A DNA stretch of 64,000 nt from Sphingomonadaceae bacterium (GTDB lineage Bacteria; Chloroflexota; UBA6077), in contig JBLNDL010000042.1 of assembly GCA_050261575.1 (NCBI GenBank), positions 1 through 64,000 of the forward strand, in the 5' to 3' direction. Within the stretch, counting starts at the first letter, position 1, and each line of letters starts with the position of its first letter. The notes under the pieces were generated by a model, which searched no databases, was not told where the DNA came from, and was given only the letters and a program-made list of their open reading frames with translations. Shown here in pieces: positions 1 to 8,300 of this stretch. A program made the position numbers and the translations under genes.

Positions 1-132
1 CCTGCCCCTTCGCCGTTGCTTTCCGCCTGCTCTCCCCCTCACACACCGCGACTCAGTCTTCAGACCCCTCATTTCACCATCCCCACGCCCTGCCCCTATC
101 CGAATCCACGGATTAGGGTCGGTCCACAGTTA

Positions 133-161
133 TTGACCTCCCTGCGGAGATCGGTTAGAAT
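133..161 (+). promoter_or_regulatory. sigma70-type promoter of tRNA-Glu
   Basis: TTGACC (133-138), 17-bp spacer, TAGAAT (156-161). Confidence 0.75.
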
Positions 162-185
162 AATCGTGTCCTGAGCGTAGCGTAA

Positions 186-262
186 GGCGCATTCGTCTAG
201 CGGCCTAGGACACCTCCCTCTCAAGGAGGAGATCACCGGTTCGAATCCGGTATGCGCTACCA
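186..262 (+). tRNA. tRNA-Glu (anticodon CTC), provirus integration target
   Basis: Cloverleaf; anticodon arm CCTCC-CTCTCAA-GGAGG; T-loop GGTTCGAATCC; encoded CCA. Confidence 0.97.
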
Positions 263-281
263 GACCTTACAACATTCGAAC
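239..281 (+). other. attL (B-O-P')
   Basis: tRNA T-loop GTTCGAA (239-245), core GCTACCA (256-262), phage arm ending TTCGAAC (275-281). Confidence 0.85.
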
Positions 282-329
282 AGATCGCGTTTCCCGGTAG
301 GGAGGCGCTGATCCGCTCGGGACTGATGG

Positions 330-353
330 ACCGGCTCAGTTGAGCCGGTTTTG
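330..353 (+). terminator. Intrinsic terminator on the phage side of attL
   Basis: ACCGGCTCA-GT-TGAGCCGGT followed by TTTG. Confidence 0.7.
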
Positions 354-400
354 TCGTTCAGCGTCGCGCCCTGTCGCGAGGCAGGGTGAGGATCGAAACC

Positions 401-428
401 CATGCAACAATCCCCCTATAATGTTGCA
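401..428. promoter_or_regulatory. dif/res-like inverted repeat overlapping a TATAAT upstream of the tyrosine recombinase
   Basis: TGCAACAATC-ccccta-TAATGTTGCA; CATGCAACA recurs at 497-505. Confidence 0.55.
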
Positions 429-454
429 AAGACCAGCTTCGAAAGGGATGTCTC

Positions 455-1126
455 ATGGCCGAAAATGGCGCGCCCGGGCTGCCCGTCCCGGCATCGCATG
501 CAACAGTAGTCGCGAAACGTGCTGGGCTGCCCGCCCGGCGGGGGCTGGATCGGCTGCCGGTCTACGTGACGGCCGAGGAGGCCCGGGCCATCATCAACGC
601 CACCCGGGGTTTCCGGGACCGGCTGCTCCTGGAGACCATCTGGCAGACGGGCGGTCGCATCAGCGAAGTTTTGCGGCTACGGCCGGCCGACGTGGACCCG
701 GCCGACGGCACGATCCGGCTGGCGAACCTGAAGCAGCGCCGGGGCGCGGAGAAGGTCGTCTACGTCTCCCTGGACCTGGCGGCGCAGCTGCGGGCGCTGG
801 CCCGGGATCTCCGGGTGCCCCTGAACGGCTACCTCTTCCAGGGCCGGAACCCCGGGCGGCCCATGACGCGGTTCCAGGCCTACCGGATCATCTCGGCGGC
901 CGCGCGGGCCGCGGGCGTCCTCAAGGTCCACCCCGAGAGCGGGCGGGTGATGCCGGCGTGGCCCCATACCTTTCGGCACGGCGCGGCGAAGCACCAGCTA
1001 GAGCAGACGCTGAGGCTCGATTTCGTGCAGGATCAGCTTGGCCACGCCAGCCTGGAGACGACGAAGGTCTATCTACGGTTGGCAGACGCGGACCGGCGAA
1101 GGCTCAGGGACCAGATCAGCTACTAG
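455..1126 (+). CDS. Tyrosine recombinase, catalytic domain only (probable resolvase)
   Basis: GGRISE (R), LKQR (K), HTFRH, LGHAS, TKVY (Y); no arm-binding N-terminal domain. Confidence 0.9.
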   Translation: MAENGAPGLPVPASHATVVAKRAGLPARRGLDRLPVYVTAEEARAIINATRGFRDRLLLETIWQTGGRISEVLRLRPADVDPADGTIRLANLKQRRGAEKVVYVSLDLAAQLRALARDLRVPLNGYLFQGRNPGRPMTRFQAYRIISAAARAAGVLKVHPESGRVMPAWPHTFRHGAAKHQLEQTLRLDFVQDQLGHASLETTKVYLRLADADRRRLRDQISY

Positions 1127-1245
1127 CGGGCTCAGGCCTGTGTCGCACCGCCTCTAGGTAGGCTGAGGCGTCGCGCTGGACGTTGATCTTCTGGGCCGTC
1201 AGCGGTCGAGCCCTCTCCACGCAGCGCGCCGGCACCGTGGCCATG

Positions 1246-1602
1246 TCATTGTTCCTTCGCCGGGGTCTTGGTGAGCGCCGGCGGTACCGGCAGTCCGAGC
1301 TGCTGGAGGTTCGCCGTCAGGTCGCCCACCAGGGCCGCCACGACCACCAGCCAGACGGCCGTGGAGTAGGGCTGCCATTCGGGCATCACCTCGGCCACCA
1401 GCCGCACGGCTCCATAGCCGAGGATGTATGGCACCACCTTGCTCCCCAGGAAGGCGGCCAGCCGGGAGAGCTGGAATTGGCCGGCTCGGATCGATGCCGC
1501 GATGCCGAGCAGAACGTCGGCCCCGATCAGGGCCAGGATCAGCCGCACCTGGTCGTTGGCCAGGGTGGCTGCCAGCAGGTCACGCAGTGCTAGATCAGTC
1601 AT
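1246..1602 (-). CDS. Putative holin / small multi-TM lysis protein
   Basis: 118 aa with about three hydrophobic segments, just downstream of the endolysin. Confidence 0.6.
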   Translation of the reverse strand: MTDLALRDLLAATLANDQVRLILALIGADVLLGIAASIRAGQFQLSRLAAFLGSKVVPYILGYGAVRLVAEVMPEWQPYSTAVWLVVVAALVGDLTANLQQLGLPVPPALTKTPAKEQ

Positions 1603-1792
1603 CGTATTGCCTCCAGATCATTAGGTCCCCGAGGGGCATGGGGCCGGCTGTCGATGCCTCGGTCTCCCGGGCGGCGAGCTCGGCCTCGCCGCCGGCGATC
1701 ATCGCGGCGGCGATGACGGCCGGCACCTCCACCAGCTCACCCCTCTTGCCCCTCCAGTGGTTCACGAGGAGCCGCACCGTCAGCCACTCCAT
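1595..1792 (-). CDS. Small hypothetical phage protein
   Basis: 65-aa ORF with upstream GGAAGGGAG, overlapping the next gene. Confidence 0.5.
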   Translation of the reverse strand: MEWLTVRLLVNHWRGKRGELVEVPAVIAAAMIAGGEAELAARETEASTAGPMPLGDLMIWRQYDD

Positions 1793-1907
1793 GGCTCCCT
1801 TCCTAAATCAGGGTCTTCAGCCCCAAATCGGCGGCGAGGGCCGCCTGGTTCACCAGTTCGCGAAGTATGGCCTCCATGGCCGGTCCTGTAGCTCCTCCTC
1901 GTCTGGA

Positions 1908-2726
1908 CTACCGGACGCCCAGCTGGGCAAGTTTGGCCATGATCCTGGATCGCAGCTCGTCCGCCCGCTGGTCCCCCTTCGGAAACACGTCGCTCTTGCC
2001 GTCGAACCAGCCGCCGTAGAGGGCGGTGCCGTCCACCTCGGCGTGGGTAGGGAACGCCAGCGGGACGGTCGGGAACACGGCGCGGACCTGCTGGACCACC
2101 CAGCAGAATGCCCTCACCTGGGCGTCGGTGATCGGGTCATCGGCCGTCCCCTGGGCGAACTCGCAGCCCACGTAGTAGCGGCTGCAGCCCCGCGCGTGCC
2201 AGCACCAATGGTCCCAAGGGAGGTGCTGTGCAACCACATCGTCGCCAACAGTGCACACGGCACCCAGCCCGTCGGTCCGGGTCATCTCGTACTGCGCCGC
2301 TCCGGGGAACTCGTCGGCCACCGGCCGCGAGACCCCAGACCTCGTGCCATGCAACAGGAAGCCCCTAGGCACGGTCAGGTAGGGGAATCGGTTGGAGATG
2401 GCGGCCAGCGGCATCTGTAGCACCCGCGGCGCGTATCCCGAGGCTGGGGGCACGTAATCGGCCTCCCAGGACCAGCGCTCGGTGTTCAGCCGCTCGTGCA
2501 CCTGCCCGTCCGGCCCCGTGACCCAAGTACGGTACCCATCGGTGAAGGCGGTCCAGTTGTCGGCCTTCCGCCACACCAGCAGGCCGTTGGTGGTGGCCTG
2601 CAGGCCGTCTCCGTTGGGGCTGTCGTGGTGCTCGTTCTCCAGGGGCGTCCCGACGATATCGGGGCCCAGTAGCCGGGCCAGCTCCGCGAATCCGAGCCGA
2701 AATACGGGTTGTTCCTGATCGCTCAT
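1908..2726 (-). CDS. Endolysin: N-terminal WRKADNWTAFT domain plus Amidase_2-type N-acetylmuramoyl-L-alanine amidase
   Basis: Start MSDQEQ at 2726 (ATGA overlap); FLLHGT...WHA...GCEF...THAEV...GKSD amidase-like motifs. Confidence 0.8.
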   Translation of the reverse strand: MSDQEQPVFRLGFAELARLLGPDIVGTPLENEHHDSPNGDGLQATTNGLLVWRKADNWTAFTDGYRTWVTGPDGQVHERLNTERWSWEADYVPPASGYAPRVLQMPLAAISNRFPYLTVPRGFLLHGTRSGVSRPVADEFPGAAQYEMTRTDGLGAVCTVGDDVVAQHLPWDHWCWHARGCSRYYVGCEFAQGTADDPITDAQVRAFCWVVQQVRAVFPTVPLAFPTHAEVDGTALYGGWFDGKSDVFPKGDQRADELRSRIMAKLAQLGVR

Positions 2727-3049
2727 TGGTTCATCTCCACTACAGTCTCGGGTATCTGTCGCTCCTGGGCCTTCAGCGCACCCAGGTCCTCGGCGGATCG
2801 GATGGCCATCCTGAGCGCCTTGCTCTCCGACTGCAGGGCTGCCACCACCACCCGCAGCGATTCCACTCGACCACGCAGCGAGTCCATCTCTGCCTGCAAC
2901 TTCTCCAGGCGGTCCCACATGGCGTCGGCTCGGGCGGCCCAGGCCAGCTCGGTCTGCTGCCGTATCTGCCGCATGCGCCACAGGGCTCCGGCCAGGGCAG
3001 CCATGCCGCCGGTGATGGTCGTGATAGCCGCGATCACCTCTGCCGTCAT
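2723..3049 (-). CDS. N-terminal TM plus coiled-coil protein (lysis accessory/holin-like)
   Basis: Hydrophobic N-terminus, heptad-rich C-terminus, coupled to ATPase and endolysin by overlaps. Confidence 0.6.
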   Translation of the reverse strand: MTAEVIAAITTITGGMAALAGALWRMRQIRQQTELAWAARADAMWDRLEKLQAEMDSLRGRVESLRVVVAALQSESKALRMAIRSAEDLGALKAQERQIPETVVEMNQ

Positions 3050-4020
3050 TCCACGTCCTCATCCCCGCATCTAGTGTCGCCCGGCACAGCTCGCACTTTG
3101 CCGGCCTGGTAGGGATCCTCCCGACCCGCCACGCCGTAGGGCATCATGCCCCGGTACCCCAGCTCCGGGGCATGCACGTACACCCAGCCCTGGATCGGTA
3201 GCCCTCGCAGCCCGGAGCGCCGGAGCTCCCGATAGGCCGCGGCCGCAGCCTGCCAGTAGCGGGCGTTGTCCTGGCGGTCCGCCTCCGCCTCGCCGCCGCT
3301 GGGCTCCTTGATCATCACGGCGTCGCACCAGGTCATCTGCACCGGCAGGTCCGCCCCCAGGTGGGCGATCACCACGATCAGCCAGTTCAGATGTCGCGCC
3401 TGCCGGATGGCCCGCTCCACGGCCAGGATGCCCTTCTGCGTGCCCCGGGGATGCAGGCTCAGGGACGCCTCGTCGATCAGAACGACCTTTCGGCGGATCT
3501 CACGGGGCGGGTCCTGCCCCTGGGAGAGTGCGTCGGCGAGCATGCCGACGGCATCGGCGAAGACCTCGATGGAGCGCCACTGGATCCACGGCCGCAGGTC
3601 GTCGCGGTACATGTTCACCGCGATCACGTCGTAGCCGTGGTCCCGGCGCCACGCCTCCGCCAGCCGCACGGCCAGCGTGCTCTTGCCCGATCCCCTTGGA
3701 CCGAGGATCAAGACCACGCCGGACCTGAGCCCCCGCAGCCTGCTCTGGAAGCTCCACCAGGGCCGGGCGTCGGGGTCGGATACTGGTGGGGTGGACTCGC
3801 CCTCGCCGGTGATCACGGCCTTGAGCTCGGTGAGGTCGATCCCCTCGGGCGTCAGCCTGACGCCCAGGTGACGGGCCAGCCGCTCCACGCTCTCCACCGC
3901 GGGGGCGTACTCGGGTGCCAGTAGCCGCACCGCCGCCTTGGCCAGCCGCGCGGCCGCGTCGTATTGGCCCGATCTCGCCGCCTGGATCTCCCTCAGCACG
4001 CTGGGGATATCGCCGATCAA
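3046..4020 (-). CDS. Genome-packaging ATPase, FtsK/HerA (A32-like) superfamily
   Basis: Walker A GPRGSGKS, Walker B VVLIDEA, arginine-finger RQARH then hydrophobic strand; TTG start at 4020 with GGAGGTG RBS. Confidence 0.8.
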   Translation of the reverse strand: MIGDIPSVLREIQAARSGQYDAAARLAKAAVRLLAPEYAPAVESVERLARHLGVRLTPEGIDLTELKAVITGEGESTPPVSDPDARPWWSFQSRLRGLRSGVVLILGPRGSGKSTLAVRLAEAWRRDHGYDVIAVNMYRDDLRPWIQWRSIEVFADAVGMLADALSQGQDPPREIRRKVVLIDEASLSLHPRGTQKGILAVERAIRQARHLNWLIVVIAHLGADLPVQMTWCDAVMIKEPSGGEAEADRQDNARYWQAAAAAYRELRRSGLRGLPIQGWVYVHAPELGYRGMMPYGVAGREDPYQAGKVRAVPGDTRCGDEDVE

Positions 4021-4667
4021 GTGGGCACCTCCGCCGTCATATGGTTCCCTAGCAGCCCCACAGCCAGGGTGAGGCCGCTCAGGAGCAGCACGTCGCGCCA
4101 AGGGCTTGACCTACCCTCCCGACTGTGGTATACAGAGTCGACGGTCCCTGGCGGGCGTCCCGACCGCGATGCGCCAGGCCGACCGACTAGGACAGGAGTC
4201 GGGTTCCTGACACCAGGGCTAGGGCGGGCATCCTTTTTGGGATTGCCCGCCGTTTCTTTCTGGCCGGGCGCTCCCCTTCTGGTCGGATAGGCGGTAACCC
4301 ATTTCTTGAATCTCGTCGACTTCCGGTCCGCGATTGTCTGTATGTGCTGCCTCCCCTTGCGGTTAGGCCGAACGATCTCCAGGGTGCTTAGATACGCTAC
4401 ACGTCCTTTGCGCCCGGGCACGGGCTCCCAGTCATCGGACTCCTGGATGGCGGGCACTATGGCTGGCACGTACTCCCACCGCCGATCTCTGTCATGGTCG
4501 ACGAAGAAATGCTGGTAGACCCAGTTGGAGTCAACCTCGACGACACTGTTGTCGGGCGCGTCAACGTATGCGTAGCCCTGCCTGTTCGCGCCTATCTCCT
4601 CGCGGATTCTCCCGAGTGCTTCCTCTCTTGACCCAGGGTAGTCGTCCCAAAGCCGAACGATCCTCAC
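4017..4667 (-). CDS. Putative BECR/PBECR-fold ribonuclease-like protein
   Basis: Pattern QHFF..DRRWEYVPAIVPAI..AYL..WVTAYP resembles PBECR domains (recognition only); visibly lower GC than flanks. Confidence 0.45.
   Translation of the reverse strand: MRIVRLWDDYPGSREEALGRIREEIGANRQGYAYVDAPDNSVVEVDSNWVYQHFFVDHDRDRRWEYVPAIVPAIQESDDWEPVPGRKGRVAYLSTLEIVRPNRKGRQHIQTIADRKSTRFKKWVTAYPTRRGAPGQKETAGNPKKDARPSPGVRNPTPVLVGRPGASRSGRPPGTVDSVYHSREGRSSPWRDVLLLSGLTLAVGLLGNHMTAEVPT
4106..4260 (+). ncRNA. Putative antisense sRNA unit (promoter, hairpins, terminator) inside the 3' end of the 4017-4667 gene
   Basis: TTGACC(4106)-17-TATACA(4129) with upstream TG; stems CCTGGCG/CGCCAGG and CCGACT/AGTCGG; GGCGGGCA..TGCCCGCC then GTTTCTTTC. 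Confidence 0.55.
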
Positions 4668-4873
4668 CGCCTCGGCTCCTGGTTGCTGTCCGGCACCCGC
4701 TGTACGTACATCCCCGCCATCTGGGCCACGGCCGCACCCTCTCCCACGGGCACCCCGTGCCGTTGCGCGGCCTCCACTATCCGCCGGGCTGCCGCCTGGG
4801 CGGCGGCCGCGTCGGGACGTCCGGACTCAGCTGCCTGGATCTCCCTCAGCACGCTGGGGATATCGCCGATCAC
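4664..4873 (-). CDS. 69-aa chimeric ORF (ATPase N-terminus plus fragment of the 5010-6164 protein)
   Basis: MIGDIPSVLREIQAA shared with ATPase; AAAQAAARRIVEAA..HGVPV..AVAQMAGMYV.RVP shared with 5010-6164. Confidence 0.55.
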   Translation of the reverse strand: MIGDIPSVLREIQAAESGRPDAAAAQAAARRIVEAAQRHGVPVGEGAAVAQMAGMYVQRVPDSNQEPRR

Positions 4874-5009
4874 GTGGGCACCTCCGCCACCATATAGTTC
4901 GCTCCGATCTCAGGCTTCATCTCCCCATCACTTTGTTGGGGACGTACCGGACTGCTATGGCCTTCCCGGTAGAGATCCGGAGCTTCGCGTCCTCCAGCCC
5001 TATGCGGCG

Positions 5010-6164
5010 TCATGCCCCATACAGGCTGTTGTCCCATCTGTACGCGATCTCTCGGCCGCGCTTGTCGGTGGTGAACGCGATCAGCATGGGGCGCTTGGGA
5101 TTATGGCGGCGCCGCCCGGCACCCTCGGCCAGTGCCTGGAGTAGGTCGTCCTCGGTCTCGATGCCGAGGTAGGGATACTCATAGGCTATGAGCTGGGCCA
5201 CCTCGTCGGCGGGCAGTCCACGCTTATTCTTGAGGTACAACGGGACGTCATGCCGATACTCCCAGCCCTCGCGTTTTCCAGCATGGGGAGCTATGCCGTA
5301 CTTGCTGACGCTTTTCACGGCTTGCCGAACCTGGTCCGCCCAGTCGTCCTCTTCCCACCCCTCGCGCCAGTCGTTCGCGGCGGCCACCCGCTTTCTCTGG
5401 TCGGCGAGGAACGCCCGGTGGCTCGCGGAGTCGTAGTAGCTGTCGTAGCCCTCGCTGCCGCGGATTGGGTGAATCACGCCGGCGTCGTCCGTGTAGGCAT
5501 CCAGGTTGCGCCAGCGCTCCGGGACGCGCTCGACGTACATCCCGGCCATTTGGGCCACGGCGGTTTTCTCGGAGACGGGCACGCCATGCTCTTTGGCCGC
5601 CTCCACTATCCGCCGGGCCGCCGCCTGGGCGGCGGCCTTGCTGGGGAAAACGGTCTGGCTGAATCGCCCCAGGGCGGCACGGATGTGGGCCGCGTCGTGG
5701 ACGGGGAGGGCCCGGATCTCCGGCGCGGCGAAAGCCGAATCCGGCAGGGCGGCCCGCTCAGCAGTGCTCAGCCTGGGGTTGCTGGCCATCATGCGACGCC
5801 TCAGCTCGTTCCGCTTGGTGGCCACCTGTTCCCTCTGCTTCATGAGCTTATCCATCTTGGCCTCCCACCGGGCCACGGCTCGCTCGAAGTCGTCGTAGCT
5901 TCGGTAGTCGCGCAGGTTCGGCACCTGCTCGCGAAGCCGCTCGTACTCCTCCGCCAGACGCCGGCCGGTGGTCCTCAACCGCTCCCAAGCCTGGTTCAGG
6001 TCGGTCGGGTTCACGACCCTCCAGCCTTGCCGCTGGAGGGAGCTGACCGCCTTGGAGCCCGGCGCGACCCGATATCGCTTGCCCCGCGGACTCTCGATGA
6101 CCACGTAACGCGCCGGTCTGCGCGCTGGCTTAGGCTTACCGAAGAGCCGGTCCCAGAATCCCAT
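5010..6164 (-). CDS. Basic multi-module protein containing a DUF6582-like domain; probable internal virion protein
   Basis: LSTAERAALPDSAFA..LPVHDAAHIRAALGRF resembles DUF6582; modules separated by NP motifs; frame stays open 30 codons past the TGA, to 4917. Confidence 0.65.
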   Translation of the reverse strand: MGFWDRLFGKPKPARRPARYVVIESPRGKRYRVAPGSKAVSSLQRQGWRVVNPTDLNQAWERLRTTGRRLAEEYERLREQVPNLRDYRSYDDFERAVARWEAKMDKLMKQREQVATKRNELRRRMMASNPRLSTAERAALPDSAFAAPEIRALPVHDAAHIRAALGRFSQTVFPSKAAAQAAARRIVEAAKEHGVPVSEKTAVAQMAGMYVERVPERWRNLDAYTDDAGVIHPIRGSEGYDSYYDSASHRAFLADQRKRVAAANDWREGWEEDDWADQVRQAVKSVSKYGIAPHAGKREGWEYRHDVPLYLKNKRGLPADEVAQLIAYEYPYLGIETEDDLLQALAEGAGRRRHNPKRPMLIAFTTDKRGREIAYRWDNSLYGA

Positions 6165-6166
6165 GG

Positions 6167-6352
6167 CTACCTCCTAGCAGGGTTGTTGACGCGCGTGACC
6201 CGATCGGCGGGTAGCACCCGTGCCACCACCCCCGCGTTGCGGATCCCCGTGGCCACAGCCTTGGCCACGGGCCGGTGGGGCGTGCGGTACAGCTCCACCA
6301 ACTCGCCCGTCTGCGTGGTCGCCACCACCACGTAGCCGGCCTGTCTGGCCAT
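6167..6352 (-). CDS. Small basic protein ending in NNPARR
   Basis: ATG at 6352, tightly packed in operon. Confidence 0.55.
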   Translation of the reverse strand: MARQAGYVVVATTQTGELVELYRTPHRPVAKAVATGIRNAGVVARVLPADRVTRVNNPARR

Positions 6353-6353
6353 G

Positions 6354-6689
6354 CTAGCCCACCACCTCGAACTCGCCGCCGCAGGCACCACACCGGCCTA
6401 TCTGGCCGGCTGCCTGCGCCGGGATCTCCAGCAGCTCCCCGCAGTGCGGGCAGGACGCCCGCTCGACCTCATCCTCGCCCGCGGCCGAGAAATCGTGGCT
6501 GCCCTCCACCATGTCGATGTGCAGGTTCAGCTCCGGGAACGGGTTGTGCCCCCGCCGGGCTCTCTGCCATGCGCGACCAGCCTCCTTCATCAGCTCCTGG
6601 AGCTGCTCCTTGCTCATGCCGGGGCGGCTCCTGGCCCGCAGGAAGCTCGTGGCGAAGAGCTGATATGTGCTCATCTTGCGTCTGGCCAT
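6354..6689 (-). CDS. Basic protein with C-terminal zinc ribbon
   Basis: MARRKM start with GGAGGTG RBS; RRGHNP; CPHC...CGAC. Confidence 0.65.
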   Translation of the reverse strand: MARRKMSTYQLFATSFLRARSRPGMSKEQLQELMKEAGRAWQRARRGHNPFPELNLHIDMVEGSHDFSAAGEDEVERASCPHCGELLEIPAQAAGQIGRCGACGGEFEVVG

Positions 6690-6700
6690 GTCATCACCTC

Positions 6701-7207
6701 CTAGCCGACCAGGCCGCGGTCGGGATCTAGCTTCATCTTGCTGCCGGCGGGCACCGTGTACACCTTGCCATCGGCGTCGGCCACCAGCAGTCGCCGTCCC
6801 CGCAGTCGGGGCAGCCCCGGGCCCCGGTCGCCGGCCTCGTGCTGCCACTCCACACCGCCGCGACGGCTGTGGCGGTCCGGCCGATAGACCGTCTCCACCT
6901 CCTCGCCGATCACCACCACCTCCCGGGGCGGGCGCTGGTCCTCGTCCAGGATTGCCGTCTCAGCGGGCGTGCCGTGGAACCGCTCGGAGATCGCCTCCAG
7001 CCTGGGGTCGTGGACCGGGGCATGGACGTGGGCCGGGTTCCGCCGCCTCACGTACTCGCCGATGTCCCTGTAGGCGGGCGGCGGGTCGCCCACGACGGCG
7101 GCGGGCAGCTCCCGCAGCTGGTGCGGGCTGAACGCCAGCATCTGGGCGGCGGCGAGGAGAGCCCGCCGCGCCCGATCCCCCAGCTCCCGATGCTTCGCCC
7201 TGGCCAT
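6701..7207 (-). CDS. Hypothetical virion-associated protein (RRRNP, then FHG...QHE domain)
   Basis: 168-aa ORF in the structural operon. Confidence 0.65.
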   Translation of the reverse strand: MARAKHRELGDRARRALLAAAQMLAFSPHQLRELPAAVVGDPPPAYRDIGEYVRRRNPAHVHAPVHDPRLEAISERFHGTPAETAILDEDQRPPREVVVIGEEVETVYRPDRHSRRGGVEWQHEAGDRGPGLPRLRGRRLLVADADGKVYTVPAGSKMKLDPDRGLVG

Positions 7208-7209
7208 GG

Positions 7210-7302
7210 TTACCGCTTCCTGCGGTGGGTCTTGCGCCGGTGGGTCTTGTGTCCGGCCTTCACGAACCGGCCGGTCTTGGGATCGCGCTTGGGTAGTGCC
7301 AT
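7210..7302 (-). CDS. 30-aa protamine-like microprotein MALPKRDPKTGRFVKAGHKTHRRKTHRRKR
   Basis: Below ORF-track cutoff; AAAGGAG RBS; fills the gap between two operon genes. Confidence 0.75.
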   Translation of the reverse strand: MALPKRDPKTGRFVKAGHKTHRRKTHRRKR

Positions 7303-7323
7303 GGGGTTCGCTCCTTTCTGGCG

Positions 7324-7818
7324 CTAAACGGCCTTGAAGAACGCGCGTATGTCGAAGGTTTCATTCGTGGTCAGGTCCTCCACGTAGCCATTCGGCTGGA
7401 GGGCCATATGATGTCCATTGTCGTTGACGAACACGTCGCCGGGCTTGTACACGTTGCTGCCGGGTCCGTTCTGTACGATCGTCTGGAGCTGGGTGTCCCA
7501 CCAGACCGGCTGCCCTCCCAGGTCCACCATGCTGGTGGGTATCCGGGTCGGGTTTCCGGGTGCAGCGCCGACGCCGGCGGAGCCACTCCCCCTACCGCTC
7601 GCCACCCCTCCCGACCCGGCGGGTATGGAGGCGGCCGTGTAGCTCTTCCCCGGGTGCAGCGCCTTCCACACCTCCATGGCCTGCCGCTGGGCATTGGTGC
7701 CGAGAGAGCCCTGGAGGGCCATGCGGTACAGGATCACCGTGGCGCCGCCTACCACCAGGTAGTAGGCGAGGGCATCGATGCTGCTGGATCCTCGGGGGTT
7801 GCGCTGGCGGCTGGCCAT
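7324..7818 (-). CDS. Virion membrane protein (N-terminal TM)
   Basis: MASRQRNP, then hydrophobic helix and Gly/Ser linker. Confidence 0.65.
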   Translation of the reverse strand: MASRQRNPRGSSSIDALAYYLVVGGATVILYRMALQGSLGTNAQRQAMEVWKALHPGKSYTAASIPAGSGGVASGRGSGSAGVGAAPGNPTRIPTSMVDLGGQPVWWDTQLQTIVQNGPGSNVYKPGDVFVNDNGHHMALQPNGYVEDLTTNETFDIRAFFKAV

Positions 7819-7821
7819 GGT

Positions 7822-8298
7822 CTACCTCCGCTTCTTGCCGGACATCAGGTACCAGACCAGGACCAACCCGCCCAGCACTATCCCCGTCGAAACGCTGTGG
7901 GGATCGTCGGGCCAGATGGGCCGCTTCAGGAACTTGACCACCTGGTCCATGGTGGTCTCCGTGGCCCTGGCGGCGCTGACGGCGGGTGTGTCGGCCGCGC
8001 TGGAGGCGGTCGTGGTGCTGCCCGGCACGGTGGTGGCGGATGGACGTGCCGTCTGCTGTTGGCTGATGGCGCGCGCGAGGTCAGATTGGGATAGCGCCAT
8101 AGCCAGGGCCTCGTGGTAGTCCACGGTGCGCCCGTCGGGGGCGCGGAACACGTCCGCCGGACCGTAGACGTTGGGCAGGTAGCCCGGCCGCGCGTAGGCA
8201 GCCACCCACGCCGGGTCCTGCATGATCTCCACGAGGCTGGTGTCGTACACCAGGGGCACCCCGCCCAGGTCCTTCAGGCTCAGTTTGATGACGCTCAT
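7822..8298 (-). CDS. Virion membrane protein (C-terminal TM)
   Basis: Thr/Ala linker then GIVLGGLVLVWYLMSGKKRR. Confidence 0.65.
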   Translation of the reverse strand: MSVIKLSLKDLGGVPLVYDTSLVEIMQDPAWVAAYARPGYLPNVYGPADVFRAPDGRTVDYHEALAMALSQSDLARAISQQQTARPSATTVPGSTTTASSAADTPAVSAARATETTMDQVVKFLKRPIWPDDPHSVSTGIVLGGLVLVWYLMSGKKRR

Positions 8299-8300
8299 GA

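Larger units (their letters stand above)
3951..4895. repeat. Direct repeat pair (3980-4035 vs 4833-4888; 56 bp, one mismatch; looser similarity on both sides)
   Basis: Both copies carry the ATPase RBS and the first codons MIGDIPSVLREIQA. Confidence 0.9.

Noticed and set aside
455..1126. Tyrosine recombinase as the provirus integrase, given its position beside the tRNA
   Set aside because: No long duplicated tRNA 3' end at the far boundary, no arm-binding domain, and the att geometry fits the serine integrase.
3046..4020. Zot/pI ATPase of a filamentous inovirus
   Set aside because: No C-terminal TM; the element is ~32 kb with a primase-helicase, lysis genes and a jelly-roll-like capsid gene.
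3951..5640. Diversity-generating retroelement TR/VR pair
   Set aside because: No reverse transcriptase in the window, and differences between copies are not adenine-specific.
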